A stretch of DNA of 64,000 bases from a virus. The stretch lies in the IMG/VR virus record IMGVR_UViG_3300037851_000431, positions 1-64,000 of that record. The stretch is one strand, 5' to 3'. A model generated the notes under the pieces. That model did not search any database and was not told the DNA's origin. It was given only the letters and a program-made list of their open reading frames with translations. Below, piece by piece: positions 1 through 9,236 of the stretch (within the stretch, counting starts at the first letter, position 1; every line of letters begins with the position of its first letter). The position numbers were made by a program, and so were the translations under genes.

Positions 1-431
1 GATTAAAGTACCTTGGCTTAAGGATGCCCAAACCCCTTTTTGGATTTCATGCTGTTCGACACTCACCTGTGGTATTTATAGCTGAAGGGCAGTTTGATTG
101 GCTAATTTTGAAACAGTGGCAATATCCGGCTATGGTTTTAGGTGGATCATACCTACCTAAAATGTATGATCATCTCCTTGTTGGTAAGAAGTTGGTTATA
201 CTTCCAGATCAGGATGAGGTCGGCTATAAAACAGCCCAAGAGTTACAGAATCGATTTTCAGATACATTTATCCTAGACTATAGCGATCTAGGTGTTCACG
301 ATATTGGCGATTTAGGAAAAATGGAAAATGGCGAACAATTATTAAAACAAAAAGTATTGGAGCAAGTGGGATGGATACGGTTATTGTCACCAAAGATATT
401 GGAGAAGTGGTTTCCGCACTTAGTGGAGTAA
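1..431 (+). CDS. DNA primase, TOPRIM C-terminal part (5' partial)
   Basis: Frame is open from the window start (LKYLGLRMPKPLFG). Contains AEGQFD and LPDQDEVG TOPRIM motifs and HDIGD; adjacent to the polymerase. Confidence 0.8.
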   Translation, partial: LKYLGLRMPKPLFGFHAVRHSPVVFIAEGQFDWLILKQWQYPAMVLGGSYLPKMYDHLLVGKKLVILPDQDEVGYKTAQELQNRFSDTFILDYSDLGVHDIGDLGKMENGEQLLKQKVLEQVGWIRLLSPKILEKWFPHLVE

Positions 432-2143
432 ACATCTTTTCTGTAGACTTAGAGACTACAGGATTGAATCCGCATGACTCGCGGATGCTTTTGGTTCAGA
501 TAGGACTACCTGATGGTAGGGTGTATATATACCCTATACATGATGATAGCAATATTACAGGTTTGGGGCCATTTTTTGGTGATTCTAATATTAAGAAGAT
601 TTTTCAGCGAGGAAAATTCGATCAGGGATTCTTTCTGTATCATAATCGTAAGTTTGAGTTTAACAACCTATTTGATACACATGTTGCAGAAAAGGTTATC
701 AACTCCGACAGTCGCACCAATTCTCTAGAAAATCTTGCTCTTAAATATACAGGAACATCTCTTAATAAAGAGATTAGAAAATCATTCATTAACATGAAGG
801 GAACCGATTTCACACAGGAGCAGTTGGAATATGCGGCCCAAGATGTAAGTATTTTGTTTCCCATCTACGAAGCACAGAAAGAAAAGATTCAAGCTCAGGG
901 AGTTGAGCGCGTAGCTCAACTAGAATTTGATCTTACGACGGTTATTGCAGACATGGAATTAGCAGGTGTACCTATCGATGTTCCAAAATGGAAGAAGATT
1001 TTGGAAGATCATCGGGTTGAACATGAAACAAGTAAATCCAAGATGTTTGAATTACTGTATGATGATAACCCTATAGATGAGCAATTAGGGTTATTCCATC
1101 GTGAACCCATGAATCTTAATAGTCCAAAGCAACTAAAGGAAATCTTTGCCAAGATTGGTATAGATTTGGAGACTACAAATGAGCGCGAAATTGCTATGGT
1201 TAATCATCCGGCAGCTAGAGAGTTACTTGAATACCGTAGGCTCCAAAAGATTCTCTCGTCTTATGGTGAAACCTTTTTGGATCAGATACACCCCTTCACT
1301 GGAAGAATTCACGCAGATTTTGATCAAATTGGGACGGCAACAGGGCGTTTCTCTTGCAGAAATCCAAACCTTCAGCAAATGCCTGACGAATTTAGGCAGT
1401 GCGTATCCCTTTCGGGTTATAAGGTAGTGGTAGCAGATTACTCACAGATCGAGTTAAGAATTCTCGGTGAATTGAGTAAAGATAAAAGGTTTATCGAGGC
1501 ATTTGTAAACGACATTGATCTTCATACCAACACAGCGTCGATTATGTTCAACACACCCCTTGACAAAGTAACTAAGGATCAGCGATTTATCGCTAAAACC
1601 ATCAACTTTGGAATTGCCTACGGAATGGGGCCGAATAAACTTTCTGATATACTTAATGCAGGGAAGCCTGAGAGTCAAAGACTTCCCCTCCATAGAGTCA
1701 AGGCTATTTTTAACAAATATCGGGATACTTATCGAGATGTTATTCGTTGGCTCCAAGAGGCGGGCGATTCAGCATATCGTCAAGGTTATTCAACTACTAT
1801 GATGGGTAGACGAAGGTATTATAATCCCCCAACAGGTGACGACATTGATTTTCAGATAGCGGGTATTAAAAGACAGGGAGCAAACTCGCCCATTCAGGGT
1901 ACGAATGCAGATATTACTAAACTGGCATTGCTAGATGTACGTAAAGTATTACGAGAGTACAATTTTCGTGCTGATATTATACTTCAGGTACATGATGAGA
2001 TTGTTGTTTTAGCCCACAAATCTCAAGCCGAAGCAGTTAAGGAAGTACTGGAAGATTCTATGATTAAATCTGCGGAGAAGATTTTAAAGACTGTCCCTGT
2101 TAAGGTGGATTCGTATATTAATACTATGTGGAGAAAAGGGTGA
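371..2143 (+). CDS. polA: Family A DNA polymerase with 3'-5' exonuclease domain
   Basis: Exo I DLETTG; TATGRFSCRNPNLQQ; motif A DYSQIELR; motif B RFIAKTINFGIAYG; motif C VHDE. Confidence 0.97.
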   Translation: MDTVIVTKDIGEVVSALSGVNIFSVDLETTGLNPHDSRMLLVQIGLPDGRVYIYPIHDDSNITGLGPFFGDSNIKKIFQRGKFDQGFFLYHNRKFEFNNLFDTHVAEKVINSDSRTNSLENLALKYTGTSLNKEIRKSFINMKGTDFTQEQLEYAAQDVSILFPIYEAQKEKIQAQGVERVAQLEFDLTTVIADMELAGVPIDVPKWKKILEDHRVEHETSKSKMFELLYDDNPIDEQLGLFHREPMNLNSPKQLKEIFAKIGIDLETTNEREIAMVNHPAARELLEYRRLQKILSSYGETFLDQIHPFTGRIHADFDQIGTATGRFSCRNPNLQQMPDEFRQCVSLSGYKVVVADYSQIELRILGELSKDKRFIEAFVNDIDLHTNTASIMFNTPLDKVTKDQRFIAKTINFGIAYGMGPNKLSDILNAGKPESQRLPLHRVKAIFNKYRDTYRDVIRWLQEAGDSAYRQGYSTTMMGRRRYYNPPTGDDIDFQIAGIKRQGANSPIQGTNADITKLALLDVRKVLREYNFRADIILQVHDEIVVLAHKSQAEAVKEVLEDSMIKSAEKILKTVPVKVDSYINTMWRKG

Positions 2144-2580
2144 AAAATTGTCCTGTATGTAAAGAAACTAAATCTTTAGAGGATTTTTATAATAATAAAG
2201 CACAAACCAATGGAAAAAGTAGTGCTTGTAAAAATTGTACAGATATTATAAACCGTAGAGGAAGAATTGGTGCTTATGGATTAACTCAAGAACAGTTTGA
2301 TAATTTACTTAAAGAGCAAGATGGCAGGTGTGCTATTTGTCAACGAGCTTTCACAAATACTTTATTACCCTCTATAGATCACGATCATTCTTGTTGTCCA
2401 AGTAAAAAGCAGGGGGATCGGCCACAAACCCTTTGTGGTCGTTGTATTAGAGGATTATTATGTAAATCCTGTAATACAGGATTAGGAATGTTTAATGATG
2501 ATTTTGAAAGATTAAGAAGTGCAATACTTATCTTCAAACATGGAATCCTAGAGGATATCTTATTAAAGATGAGAGTTTAG
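2128..2580 (+). CDS. Endonuclease VII-domain (HNH-like) nuclease
   Basis: CPVCK..CKNC N-terminus, then YGLT..QDGRCAIC..IDHDH..RGLLCKSCNTGLG. Start may be GTG 2140. Confidence 0.88.
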   Translation: MEKRVKNCPVCKETKSLEDFYNNKAQTNGKSSACKNCTDIINRRGRIGAYGLTQEQFDNLLKEQDGRCAICQRAFTNTLLPSIDHDHSCCPSKKQGDRPQTLCGRCIRGLLCKSCNTGLGMFNDDFERLRSAILIFKHGILEDILLKMRV

Positions 2581-2612
2581 AGCTTCTTGATTTAGTATAT
2601 ACCTTTTAAGGG

Positions 2613-2924
2613 ATGGTGTTTATGGTAACAAGAAAAGAAAATTATTGGAGGACATTAATAAATGATATGAAAAGTGCTCCATTACCAGAAGATGGTAACG
2701 ATCCACCTGAAATGGAAACAATTAAACCAAAAAGTCGCAAAAAGGGTGAGGATTTACCACCCTCTGAGCGCAAGGTGGTCGTACAAAAGGTGACAACGGT
2801 AGTTTACATTATGTCTGATATTGATAACAAGAAATTTGCGTCGGTATCAAAGCAACAAACAAGTATAGTTGGTGAGATGACCCTAGATGATGCTTTAAAG
2901 TTGGCAAATAATAGTGAGGGTTGA
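2613..2924 (+). CDS. hypothetical protein
   Basis: 103 aa ORF filling the gap; no motif recognised. Confidence 0.55.
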   Translation: MVFMVTRKENYWRTLINDMKSAPLPEDGNDPPEMETIKPKSRKKGEDLPPSERKVVVQKVTTVVYIMSDIDNKKFASVSKQQTSIVGEMTLDDALKLANNSEG

Positions 2925-2950
2925 CATAGGCATAACAAAGAGTGTATAAT
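2921..2950 (+). promoter_or_regulatory. sigma70-type promoter
   Basis: TTGACA-N18-TATAAT, immediately abutting tRNA-Ser. Confidence 0.6.
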
Positions 2951-3039
2951 GGAACCGTGGCTGAGAGGCTTAAAGCAGCGGTTTGCTAAACCGCCGTGTG
3001 TAACAGCACCGATGGGTTCGAATCCCTCCGGTTCCGCCA
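2951..3039 (+). tRNA. tRNA-Ser(GCT)
   Basis: Cloverleaf, GCGGT-TTGCTAA-ACCGC, long variable arm, GTTCGAATC, CCA. Confidence 0.95.
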
Positions 3040-3053
3040 AGAAGGAAAGGAAA

Positions 3054-3428
3054 ATGGAAGTTGGAAATCGAATTGCAGTTGTTGGTTCCAGAGAATTCGG
3101 AAACTATGGACAAGTCTGCGAAGTTCTTGATTCAATCCTCTACCGGGGAGACAGTATCGTTTCCGGTGGCGCTGTTGGGGTTGACAGTATGGCACAACGA
3201 TACGCCAAGGAAAGGGGATTTACTATCGTTATCATCTATCCCGATTATGCGCATTACGGTAGAGGGGCAGCATTCGTTAGAAATAAAGAAATTGTTGAAA
3301 ATTCTGATCGAGTCCTTGCCTTTTACGCCAAAGGAAGATTTCACCAAGGAGGAACAGCAAATACGGCTGAGTGGGCCAGAAAACTTGGAAAAGCCCTTCA
3401 AGAATTCGAAGAAGAAGAAAGTGTGTAA
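3054..3428 (+). CDS. SLOG-superfamily (YspA/DUF2493-like) protein
   Basis: IAVVGSREF, IVSGGAVGVD, RNKEIV and GGTANT motifs. ATG 3054 follows an RBS; the listed 2949 start runs through the tRNA. Confidence 0.8.
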   Translation: MEVGNRIAVVGSREFGNYGQVCEVLDSILYRGDSIVSGGAVGVDSMAQRYAKERGFTIVIIYPDYAHYGRGAAFVRNKEIVENSDRVLAFYAKGRFHQGGTANTAEWARKLGKALQEFEEEESV

Positions 3429-3499
3429 GTGTCCTGAAGGTGGACACTATGCTGATTGTAAATATTTATCTTATTTGAGATGGGATGAAATATAATTAC

Positions 3500-3586
3500 G
3501 GATGGTTGGCCGAGTGGTAAGGCGGCGGTCTTGAAAACCGTTGAAGCAGAAATGTTGCGTGGGTTCGAATCCTACACCATCCGCCA
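3500..3586 (+). tRNA. tRNA-Ser(TGA)
   Basis: GCGGT-CTTGAAA-ACCGT, long variable arm, CCA. Confidence 0.95.
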
Positions 3587-3601
3587 ATTTTGGAGCAATA
3601 A

Positions 3602-3844
3602 ATGAATTATGATTGGGATGCTCATTGGAACAGGCTTGCCGAATCTGTTAAAGGGCGTGAGGATGAAGTAGAAAGGTTGGCGTTTATTCTCCACGATATA
3701 TTTGGTGGAGAGGCGTGGGCAACAGGAGAATTAGATTGTTGGTGTGAAGGGGACGATTATGATGGAATGGATAAGCCGATATATCACCCCTCTCCTGATA
3801 CGAATTGTTGGAGATTAGCGGCAGCTATTATTAAAGAGTTATAA
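3602..3844 (+). CDS. hypothetical protein
   Basis: 80 aa ORF with GGAG RBS, between tRNAs. Confidence 0.6.
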   Translation: MNYDWDAHWNRLAESVKGREDEVERLAFILHDIFGGEAWATGELDCWCEGDDYDGMDKPIYHPSPDTNCWRLAAAIIKEL

Positions 3845-3922
3845 GGTTCCTTGCCTGAGTGGTTTAAAGGGGGCGGTTGCAGACCGCTTATTTCGTCAGT
3901 TCGAATCTGACAGGAACCTCCA
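3845..3922 (+). tRNA. tRNA-Cys(GCA)
   Basis: GGCGG-TTGCAGA-CCGCT, U73, CCA. Confidence 0.93.
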
Positions 3923-3923
3923 C

Positions 3924-3997
3924 GGGGGTATAGTTTAGCGGGAGAACATCTGCTTTGCACGCAGAAAACGGCAGTTCAATTCTGCCTACCTCCACCA
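3924..3997 (+). tRNA. tRNA-Ala(TGC)
   Basis: TCTGC-TTTGCAC-GCAGA, G3:U70 pair, CCA. Confidence 0.93.
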
Positions 3998-4013
3998 AGA
4001 AAACGAGGATTAT

Positions 4014-4352
4014 ATGGAACCTACTGAAGAAGCAATTGTAGCAATGGAAGCAGCGGTAGATGCTGCTTTAGGACTTCAACCCTATTCTTTTGGCGGAAGA
4101 AAGACGTTTGCTAAGAATATCATCGAGCATTTACCGCCTTCGTTCTGTTTCGGGTCCGAATATCTTGAATTGGAATCAGAGTATGCTCGCCTTCGCAGAA
4201 TCGAGGAAGCACGGGACCAATGTTCCGGTTCGCCCGAACATTACGGTGGTTGTGGCTGTCTGTGCCACGGTGATTATATCATTGAAACTCATTATACAGC
4301 GACGGATGCTTTTCCCGGTATAGAAAAATCAGGGATAAATGAGAATGGTTGA
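4014..4352 (+). CDS. hypothetical protein
   Basis: 112 aa ORF with GAGG RBS. Confidence 0.55.
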   Translation: MEPTEEAIVAMEAAVDAALGLQPYSFGGRKTFAKNIIEHLPPSFCFGSEYLELESEYARLRRIEEARDQCSGSPEHYGGCGCLCHGDYIIETHYTATDAFPGIEKSGINENG

Positions 4353-5520
4353 TGTAGTAGTAGGACTTCAATGGGGAGATGAGGGGAAGGGCAAACTTGT
4401 TGATCTTTTAACCCCACTTTATGATATTGTAGCAAGATTTCAAGGGGGACCAAACGCTGGGCACACCATCTATATAGATGAAAATAAGTATGTACTTCAT
4501 ACAATTCCTAGTGGAATTCTTCATCCCCACACCCAAAATGTAATAGGTAGTGGGGTAGTTATTGATCCTATTTGTCTTCAAAAAGAAGTCGGAGAATTAG
4601 AAGCACTTGGTATTGATGTTAAATCTCGACTTTTTATCTCTAAAAAGGCTCACCTTATTCTTCCTACGCATATTCTGCTTGATAAGGCACACGATAAGGT
4701 AGGAACAACCCATAAAGGGATTGGTCCTGCTTATACTGATAAGATTGCGAGAAATGGGCTTCGGGTTGGGGATATATTAAATAATATTTGGAGAACCCAA
4801 TATCAGGATATGGTTGTTGTTCATGGAAATATCCTAAAGATGGATGAACAAACGACTAAAGAATATACAGAAGCAGAAGATAGGTGGTTTGAGAGCATTG
4901 AATTTCTAAGGGGGTTGCAACTCGTTGATACTGAAGAGTATCTTAATAGTGCCATTATGCAGGATAAAAACATCCTTGCAGAAGGGGCGCAAGGAACGAT
5001 GCTAGATGTTGATTTTGGAAACTACCCTTATGTAACATCATCTAATACTGTTGCTGGTGCAGCTTGTACGGGACTTGGTATTGCGCCCACCAAAATTAAG
5101 AATGTTATCGGTGTTTTTAAAGCTTATGCAACAAGAGTAGGAAATGGTCCATTTCCATCTGAACAGGATAACGAGATTGGGGAACAAATTCGTTCTGTTG
5201 GTAATGAGTATGGATCAACAACAGGCCGACCAAGACGAGTTGGTTGGCTTGATATGCCCGCCCTAAAGTATGCTGTTATGCTTAACGGGGTAACAGAGTT
5301 GGCAATGATGAAAGCCGATGTTTTGAGTGGTTTTGAAACTATTAAGGTGTGTACTGGTTATGATGAACAGTCAACCATGTATACTGAGTTTGAAGGATGG
5401 AATGAAAAAGGTATTTCACCCGCCCTGCAAAATTATATAGATTATATATATAATTATGTGGGTGTAAAGATTACACTTGTATCTGTTGGAAGAGATAGAA
5501 AAGATGTATGTTTTCCATAA
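4339..5520 (+). CDS. purA: Adenylosuccinate synthetase
   Basis: GLQWGDEGKGK, RFQGGPNAGHT, GTTHKGIGPAY, EGAQG, YPYVTSS, TTGRPRRVGWLD. Confidence 0.97.
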   Translation: MRMVDVVVGLQWGDEGKGKLVDLLTPLYDIVARFQGGPNAGHTIYIDENKYVLHTIPSGILHPHTQNVIGSGVVIDPICLQKEVGELEALGIDVKSRLFISKKAHLILPTHILLDKAHDKVGTTHKGIGPAYTDKIARNGLRVGDILNNIWRTQYQDMVVVHGNILKMDEQTTKEYTEAEDRWFESIEFLRGLQLVDTEEYLNSAIMQDKNILAEGAQGTMLDVDFGNYPYVTSSNTVAGAACTGLGIAPTKIKNVIGVFKAYATRVGNGPFPSEQDNEIGEQIRSVGNEYGSTTGRPRRVGWLDMPALKYAVMLNGVTELAMMKADVLSGFETIKVCTGYDEQSTMYTEFEGWNEKGISPALQNYIDYIYNYVGVKITLVSVGRDRKDVCFP

Positions 5521-5553
5521 CGCCTTTTGTTAAAAATTTATTAGAGGAATACA

Positions 5554-6126
5554 ATGATTTCACGGGATGAGTTTTGGACAAAATCAACGGAAATTATGGA
5601 AGTTTATAATTCTAGGACATTTAAAGGATTGAATGAGGAATGGACTGGTTTGGTATTTTTAGGTGATAGTTATTATCGTTGGTTATGGGCAGCAGTAAAG
5701 GTACTTCAACCTAAAATACTTGTTGAAATTGGAAGAGAGCGCGGTGTAAGTGCGTTAATTATGCTTGATGCTATGTCTGAGGATGCTACACTCACTAGTA
5801 TTGATATTATTAAAGAATCTGTGTTTTTAGAGAACAGGGAAGAACCAAGATTAACGCTCATTACTGGAAACAGTTTATCCGTATCAGATCAGGTTTCGAA
5901 TAATATAGACTTTCTATTTATTGACGGTCTACATGAGGGGGATCATGTTACTAAAGAGTGGGAATTATATCGACCTAAATTAGCAGAAAAAGCTGTTGTA
6001 ATATTCGATGATATTCACTTCAATTCTGGAATGTCCAAATTTTGGGAAAATTTACAAGAAGATAAACATGATATTTCTCAGTGGCATCGTAAGGGTTTTG
6101 GGGTAGTATTTATAGGCTATGAGTAG
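5554..6126 (+). CDS. Class I SAM-dependent methyltransferase (Methyltransf_24-like)
   Basis: VEIGRERGVS, IDFLFIDGLH, VIFDDI. Confidence 0.8.
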   Translation: MISRDEFWTKSTEIMEVYNSRTFKGLNEEWTGLVFLGDSYYRWLWAAVKVLQPKILVEIGRERGVSALIMLDAMSEDATLTSIDIIKESVFLENREEPRLTLITGNSLSVSDQVSNNIDFLFIDGLHEGDHVTKEWELYRPKLAEKAVVIFDDIHFNSGMSKFWENLQEDKHDISQWHRKGFGVVFIGYE

Positions 6127-6922
6127 TATAACGCTAGTAACAGGTTTATTTAATATAGGAAGGGCTAATCTTGATGGCCAGTTTGGCCGTCCTTTTGAAC
6201 AGTATAAGGAATGGTTTTCGCAGACTATGCAGATTGACCTTCCTATGGTGGTTTACTGTGAATCCGTGTTGGAGGATTTTGTTTTGGAAAATCGTAAAGG
6301 TAAAAAGACAGTTGTTAATACCTTATCTTTAGATTATTTTAAAAAAATCTTCTACTACAAAAAAGTACAAAAAATACGAACTGATCCAGCGTGGTATAAT
6401 CAAACGTGGTGGCTGCCCCAAAGTCCACAAGCAGCTTTAGACCTTTATAACCCCCTTATAATGTATAAGATGTATTTCTTGCTCCTGAGTGCGGGCAGAA
6501 ATGATTTTAATAAGGAAAAACTCCTATGGATAGATGCAGGAATAACAAATATAATTCCACTATACAATTTTGAGAATTTTGGCGAGAAGATAGACGAATG
6601 GACTGATAAGTTGTTATTTCTATGTTTTCCTTATAGAAGTGAGGAAGCACACGGATTTAAGACGGAAGGATTGGATAAATTTGCGGGTACCTATGTCGAT
6701 AGGGTGGCTAGAGCGACACTATTCGGAGGTCCAGCTAAATTAATTAAAGAAATAGCGCCCAAATACACCTCTATATTGAATGATACATTATCCAAGGGTT
6801 ATATGGGAACAGAGGAAAATCTTCTTACACTATTAACCTATTTGGAACCGGATAAGTGTAATATCTACATGCTGGAAAATGACCGATTAACATCATTCTT
6901 CGAAATGTTATCGAAAGGTTGA
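6119..6922 (+). CDS. HtrL/WlaTC-like putative glycosyltransferase
   Basis: ITLVTGLFNIGR N-terminus, WIDAG, LFGG, GTEE motifs. Confidence 0.7.
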   Translation: MSSITLVTGLFNIGRANLDGQFGRPFEQYKEWFSQTMQIDLPMVVYCESVLEDFVLENRKGKKTVVNTLSLDYFKKIFYYKKVQKIRTDPAWYNQTWWLPQSPQAALDLYNPLIMYKMYFLLLSAGRNDFNKEKLLWIDAGITNIIPLYNFENFGEKIDEWTDKLLFLCFPYRSEEAHGFKTEGLDKFAGTYVDRVARATLFGGPAKLIKEIAPKYTSILNDTLSKGYMGTEENLLTLLTYLEPDKCNIYMLENDRLTSFFEMLSKG

Positions 6923-6925
6923 AAT

Positions 6926-7318
6926 ATGGAGACACGATCTGTTACAATACGGGAAGTGGTGGAAGCAATAAATGCGGCAGGGTACCCACAAGGATTCTAT
7001 CACGCTATAGAGTGGTCACACCCAACGGAAGAGTATGAAGGTACTATTGTTAATGCTTGTGCAATAGGACAAGCAGCACTAAATTTGGGTGTTGATCCAG
7101 AGTTTTTAGAGATGTATCTTTATGAAGTAAAATCTAGGAAAAATTCAACTTTTAGTTTACGGGAATTTATTGTTGAGCTAAACGATGAAAAAAAGTTTGA
7201 TCTTCCTAGAATTGCAAAAGAGGTAGAGGTTAAGTTCAAGGCAAAGTTAAATGAGCAGTTTGCGGTTGCTGTTATGGATTATAGCAGCATTCCAAACTAT
7301 CAAGGAAAGAAACTGTAG
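6926..7318 (+). CDS. hypothetical protein
   Basis: 130 aa; CAIG and LND motifs of a kind common in small phage proteins. Confidence 0.6.
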   Translation: METRSVTIREVVEAINAAGYPQGFYHAIEWSHPTEEYEGTIVNACAIGQAALNLGVDPEFLEMYLYEVKSRKNSTFSLREFIVELNDEKKFDLPRIAKEVEVKFKAKLNEQFAVAVMDYSSIPNYQGKKL

Positions 7319-7344
7319 TAATTTACTCTCAGGAGGTAAAGGAA

Positions 7345-8892
7345 ATGGCTAGATTAAATACGAAAAAAATTCCAACTAAGATGGAAGAATTAACTGTTAA
7401 CTATGAAGGTGCTGAAGCATATAAGCTTCCTGTAAAGATGCGCTTAGTTGAGCGTGTTGTAGGAGCCTTTTGGAGCGAGGATTTATTCTACGCTACCGGA
7501 AAGGAAATCAGTGGGGAAATCCTGAAAGATATTCAGGAAGTTGCCAAATCTGATCCTAAATTTATTTTACAGCTTGCCGTGTTTGCACGCAATGAGTTGT
7601 ACCTTCGAACAACTCCACAGGTTTTACTTGTTGAGGCGTCGTATATCGCAGAATGCAAGCCTTTTGTTGAGGAGTACACCTCTAAGATTGTACGCCGAGC
7701 CGACGAGTTAACTGAGGTAGTTGCTTATCATATAAGTCGAATGGGAAGTAAGAAAAACTTCGCTAACTCGCTTAAGAGGGGATTAGCGAATGCTTTTCAG
7801 TCATTCGATGAATATCAGTTGAATAAGTACAAGGGCAATACTTCAAGCGTTTCACTTGGCGATGTTGTGAAGATTGTTCACCCAACTTTCAAGGGTGATG
7901 AAGAGTACCGAAAGGCTCTATACGCATATCTAACCAAGGGGGAGGTATCCCCTGTTCTTACAAAGGTATCGGCACTTAAAACCCTGCTTTCACGCGAATC
8001 TTTTGATGATGAGGCTAAGTCTCTCATTAACCAGTCAGCGGCAACGTGGGAATCTGTTGTATCAAAATTTGGCTCAACCAAGGAAGTTTGGGAAGCCATG
8101 ATACCTAAGATGGGTTATATGGCACTTCTTAGGAACCTTCGAAATTTTGAAGAGAAAAATGTTCAATTAAATTCTGTAATTGAACGGTTAACGAATGAAG
8201 AAGAGGTTAAGCGTTCAAAGCAGCTTCCATTCCGGTTTTATGCCGCCCATCAGGAGGTTAAAACCCCTCAGTTAAAGAAAGCCGTTTCCAAGGCATTTGA
8301 GTTATCTATTAATAATACTGTTTTGGGTGGATCAACTGCTGTACTTGTTGACCTTTCGGGATCAATGTATGGTCACACTGTAAGTAAGGGTTCTAAGATG
8401 CTTTATACAGATGTTGCAGCAGTAATGGGCGCAATAGCTGTAAAGAAATCCGAATATCCTGTAGTTATTGCCTTTGCTAACAGTGCAACAAGGGTAGATG
8501 TTGATCCAGATGATACTATGATGACTACAATGAAGAATATTCTTAATTGTGGTGAGGGTGGAGGAACATATGCGTATAAGGCATTTGAAAATCTGCTACA
8601 GAATAAGCACATTAAGTTTGATCGTGTAGTCATGTTTTCAGATATGCAGTGTTATACTGAGAAAAATTATGATGGAAACGATGTTTCCAAACTTTGGAAA
8701 GAATATGTAAACACAGTTAATAAAGATGCTGTGCTATACTCTTTTGATCTTTCTGGATATGGTACATCCAAGTTTAATTCGAAATCTAAAAATGTTGTTA
8801 CAGTAGCGGGTTGGTCTGATAAGATTCTTGATTTTATCAACCTTCACGAAAAAGACAAGAATTTACTTTTGAACGAAATTGCAAAAATGTGA
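7345..8892 (+). CDS. Ro60/Rsr-like TROVE-domain RNA-binding protein with C-terminal vWA domain
   Basis: MARLN start, NYEGAEAY, FDEYQLNKY, HP, TWES, YMALLRNLRN, SKQLPFRF, MIDAS DLSGSM, FSDMQ. Strong AGGAGGT RBS. Confidence 0.93.
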   Translation: MARLNTKKIPTKMEELTVNYEGAEAYKLPVKMRLVERVVGAFWSEDLFYATGKEISGEILKDIQEVAKSDPKFILQLAVFARNELYLRTTPQVLLVEASYIAECKPFVEEYTSKIVRRADELTEVVAYHISRMGSKKNFANSLKRGLANAFQSFDEYQLNKYKGNTSSVSLGDVVKIVHPTFKGDEEYRKALYAYLTKGEVSPVLTKVSALKTLLSRESFDDEAKSLINQSAATWESVVSKFGSTKEVWEAMIPKMGYMALLRNLRNFEEKNVQLNSVIERLTNEEEVKRSKQLPFRFYAAHQEVKTPQLKKAVSKAFELSINNTVLGGSTAVLVDLSGSMYGHTVSKGSKMLYTDVAAVMGAIAVKKSEYPVVIAFANSATRVDVDPDDTMMTTMKNILNCGEGGGTYAYKAFENLLQNKHIKFDRVVMFSDMQCYTEKNYDGNDVSKLWKEYVNTVNKDAVLYSFDLSGYGTSKFNSKSKNVVTVAGWSDKILDFINLHEKDKNLLLNEIAKM

Positions 8893-8893
8893 C

Positions 8894-8923
8894 TTGAAAT
8901 CGGCACTCTATGAGTGTTATAAT
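8894..8923 (+). promoter_or_regulatory. sigma70-type extended -10 promoter for the ncRNA array
   Basis: TTGAAA-N18-TATAAT with TGn; predicted +1 falls at the 5' end of ncRNA 1. Confidence 0.7.
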
Positions 8924-8924
8924 A

Positions 8925-8996
8925 ATATGGGTAGTGTGAAAGGGGATACTTCGACTTGAAACCGCTAAAACCCCCCTTCGTTTTTCTCTCCCATAT
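8925..8996 (+). ncRNA. Y-RNA-like element 1 (short payload)
   Basis: Terminal stem ATATGGG/CCCATAT, TAGTG, inner purine/pyrimidine stem, TACTTC, pyrimidine tract; directly after Ro60. Confidence 0.7.
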
Positions 8997-9009
8997 AATT
9001 AAAAACTAA

Positions 9010-9142
9010 TTAGGTAGTGCAGTGTAGGATTTCTTCGCTTTGGGAGCCTCTGATGTAGGTGCGATTCCTACTCCCCCGAACAACGGGGGATAGCTTAATA
9101 GTAAAGCAGGGTTTGAAGCCTACGCGCGTTCTTCTCTCCTAA
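9010..9142 (+). ncRNA. Y-RNA-like element 2 carrying a circularly permuted tRNA-Pro(TGG)
   Basis: TTAGG/CCTAA, TAGTG, GTGTAGG/CCTACGC, TTCTTC. Payload order: anticodon loop, T arm, closed acceptor hairpin, D arm. Confidence 0.8.
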
Positions 9143-9145
9143 TGC

Positions 9146-9221
9146 GGCCCTATCGTCTAATGGCTCAGGATAACAGACTTTCAATCTGTTGATCGGGGTT
9201 CGATCCCCCGTGGGGCTACCA
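9146..9221 (+). tRNA. tRNA-Glu(TTC)
   Basis: ACAGA-CTTTCAA-TCTGT, CCA. Confidence 0.93.
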
Positions 9222-9236
9222 ACCATAGATAGAAAT

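Noticed and set aside
4339-5520. PurZ / 2-aminoadenine (Z) genome
   Set aside because: The catalytic Asp of GDEGKG is present (PurZ has Ser); no DatZ or MazZ recognised nearby.
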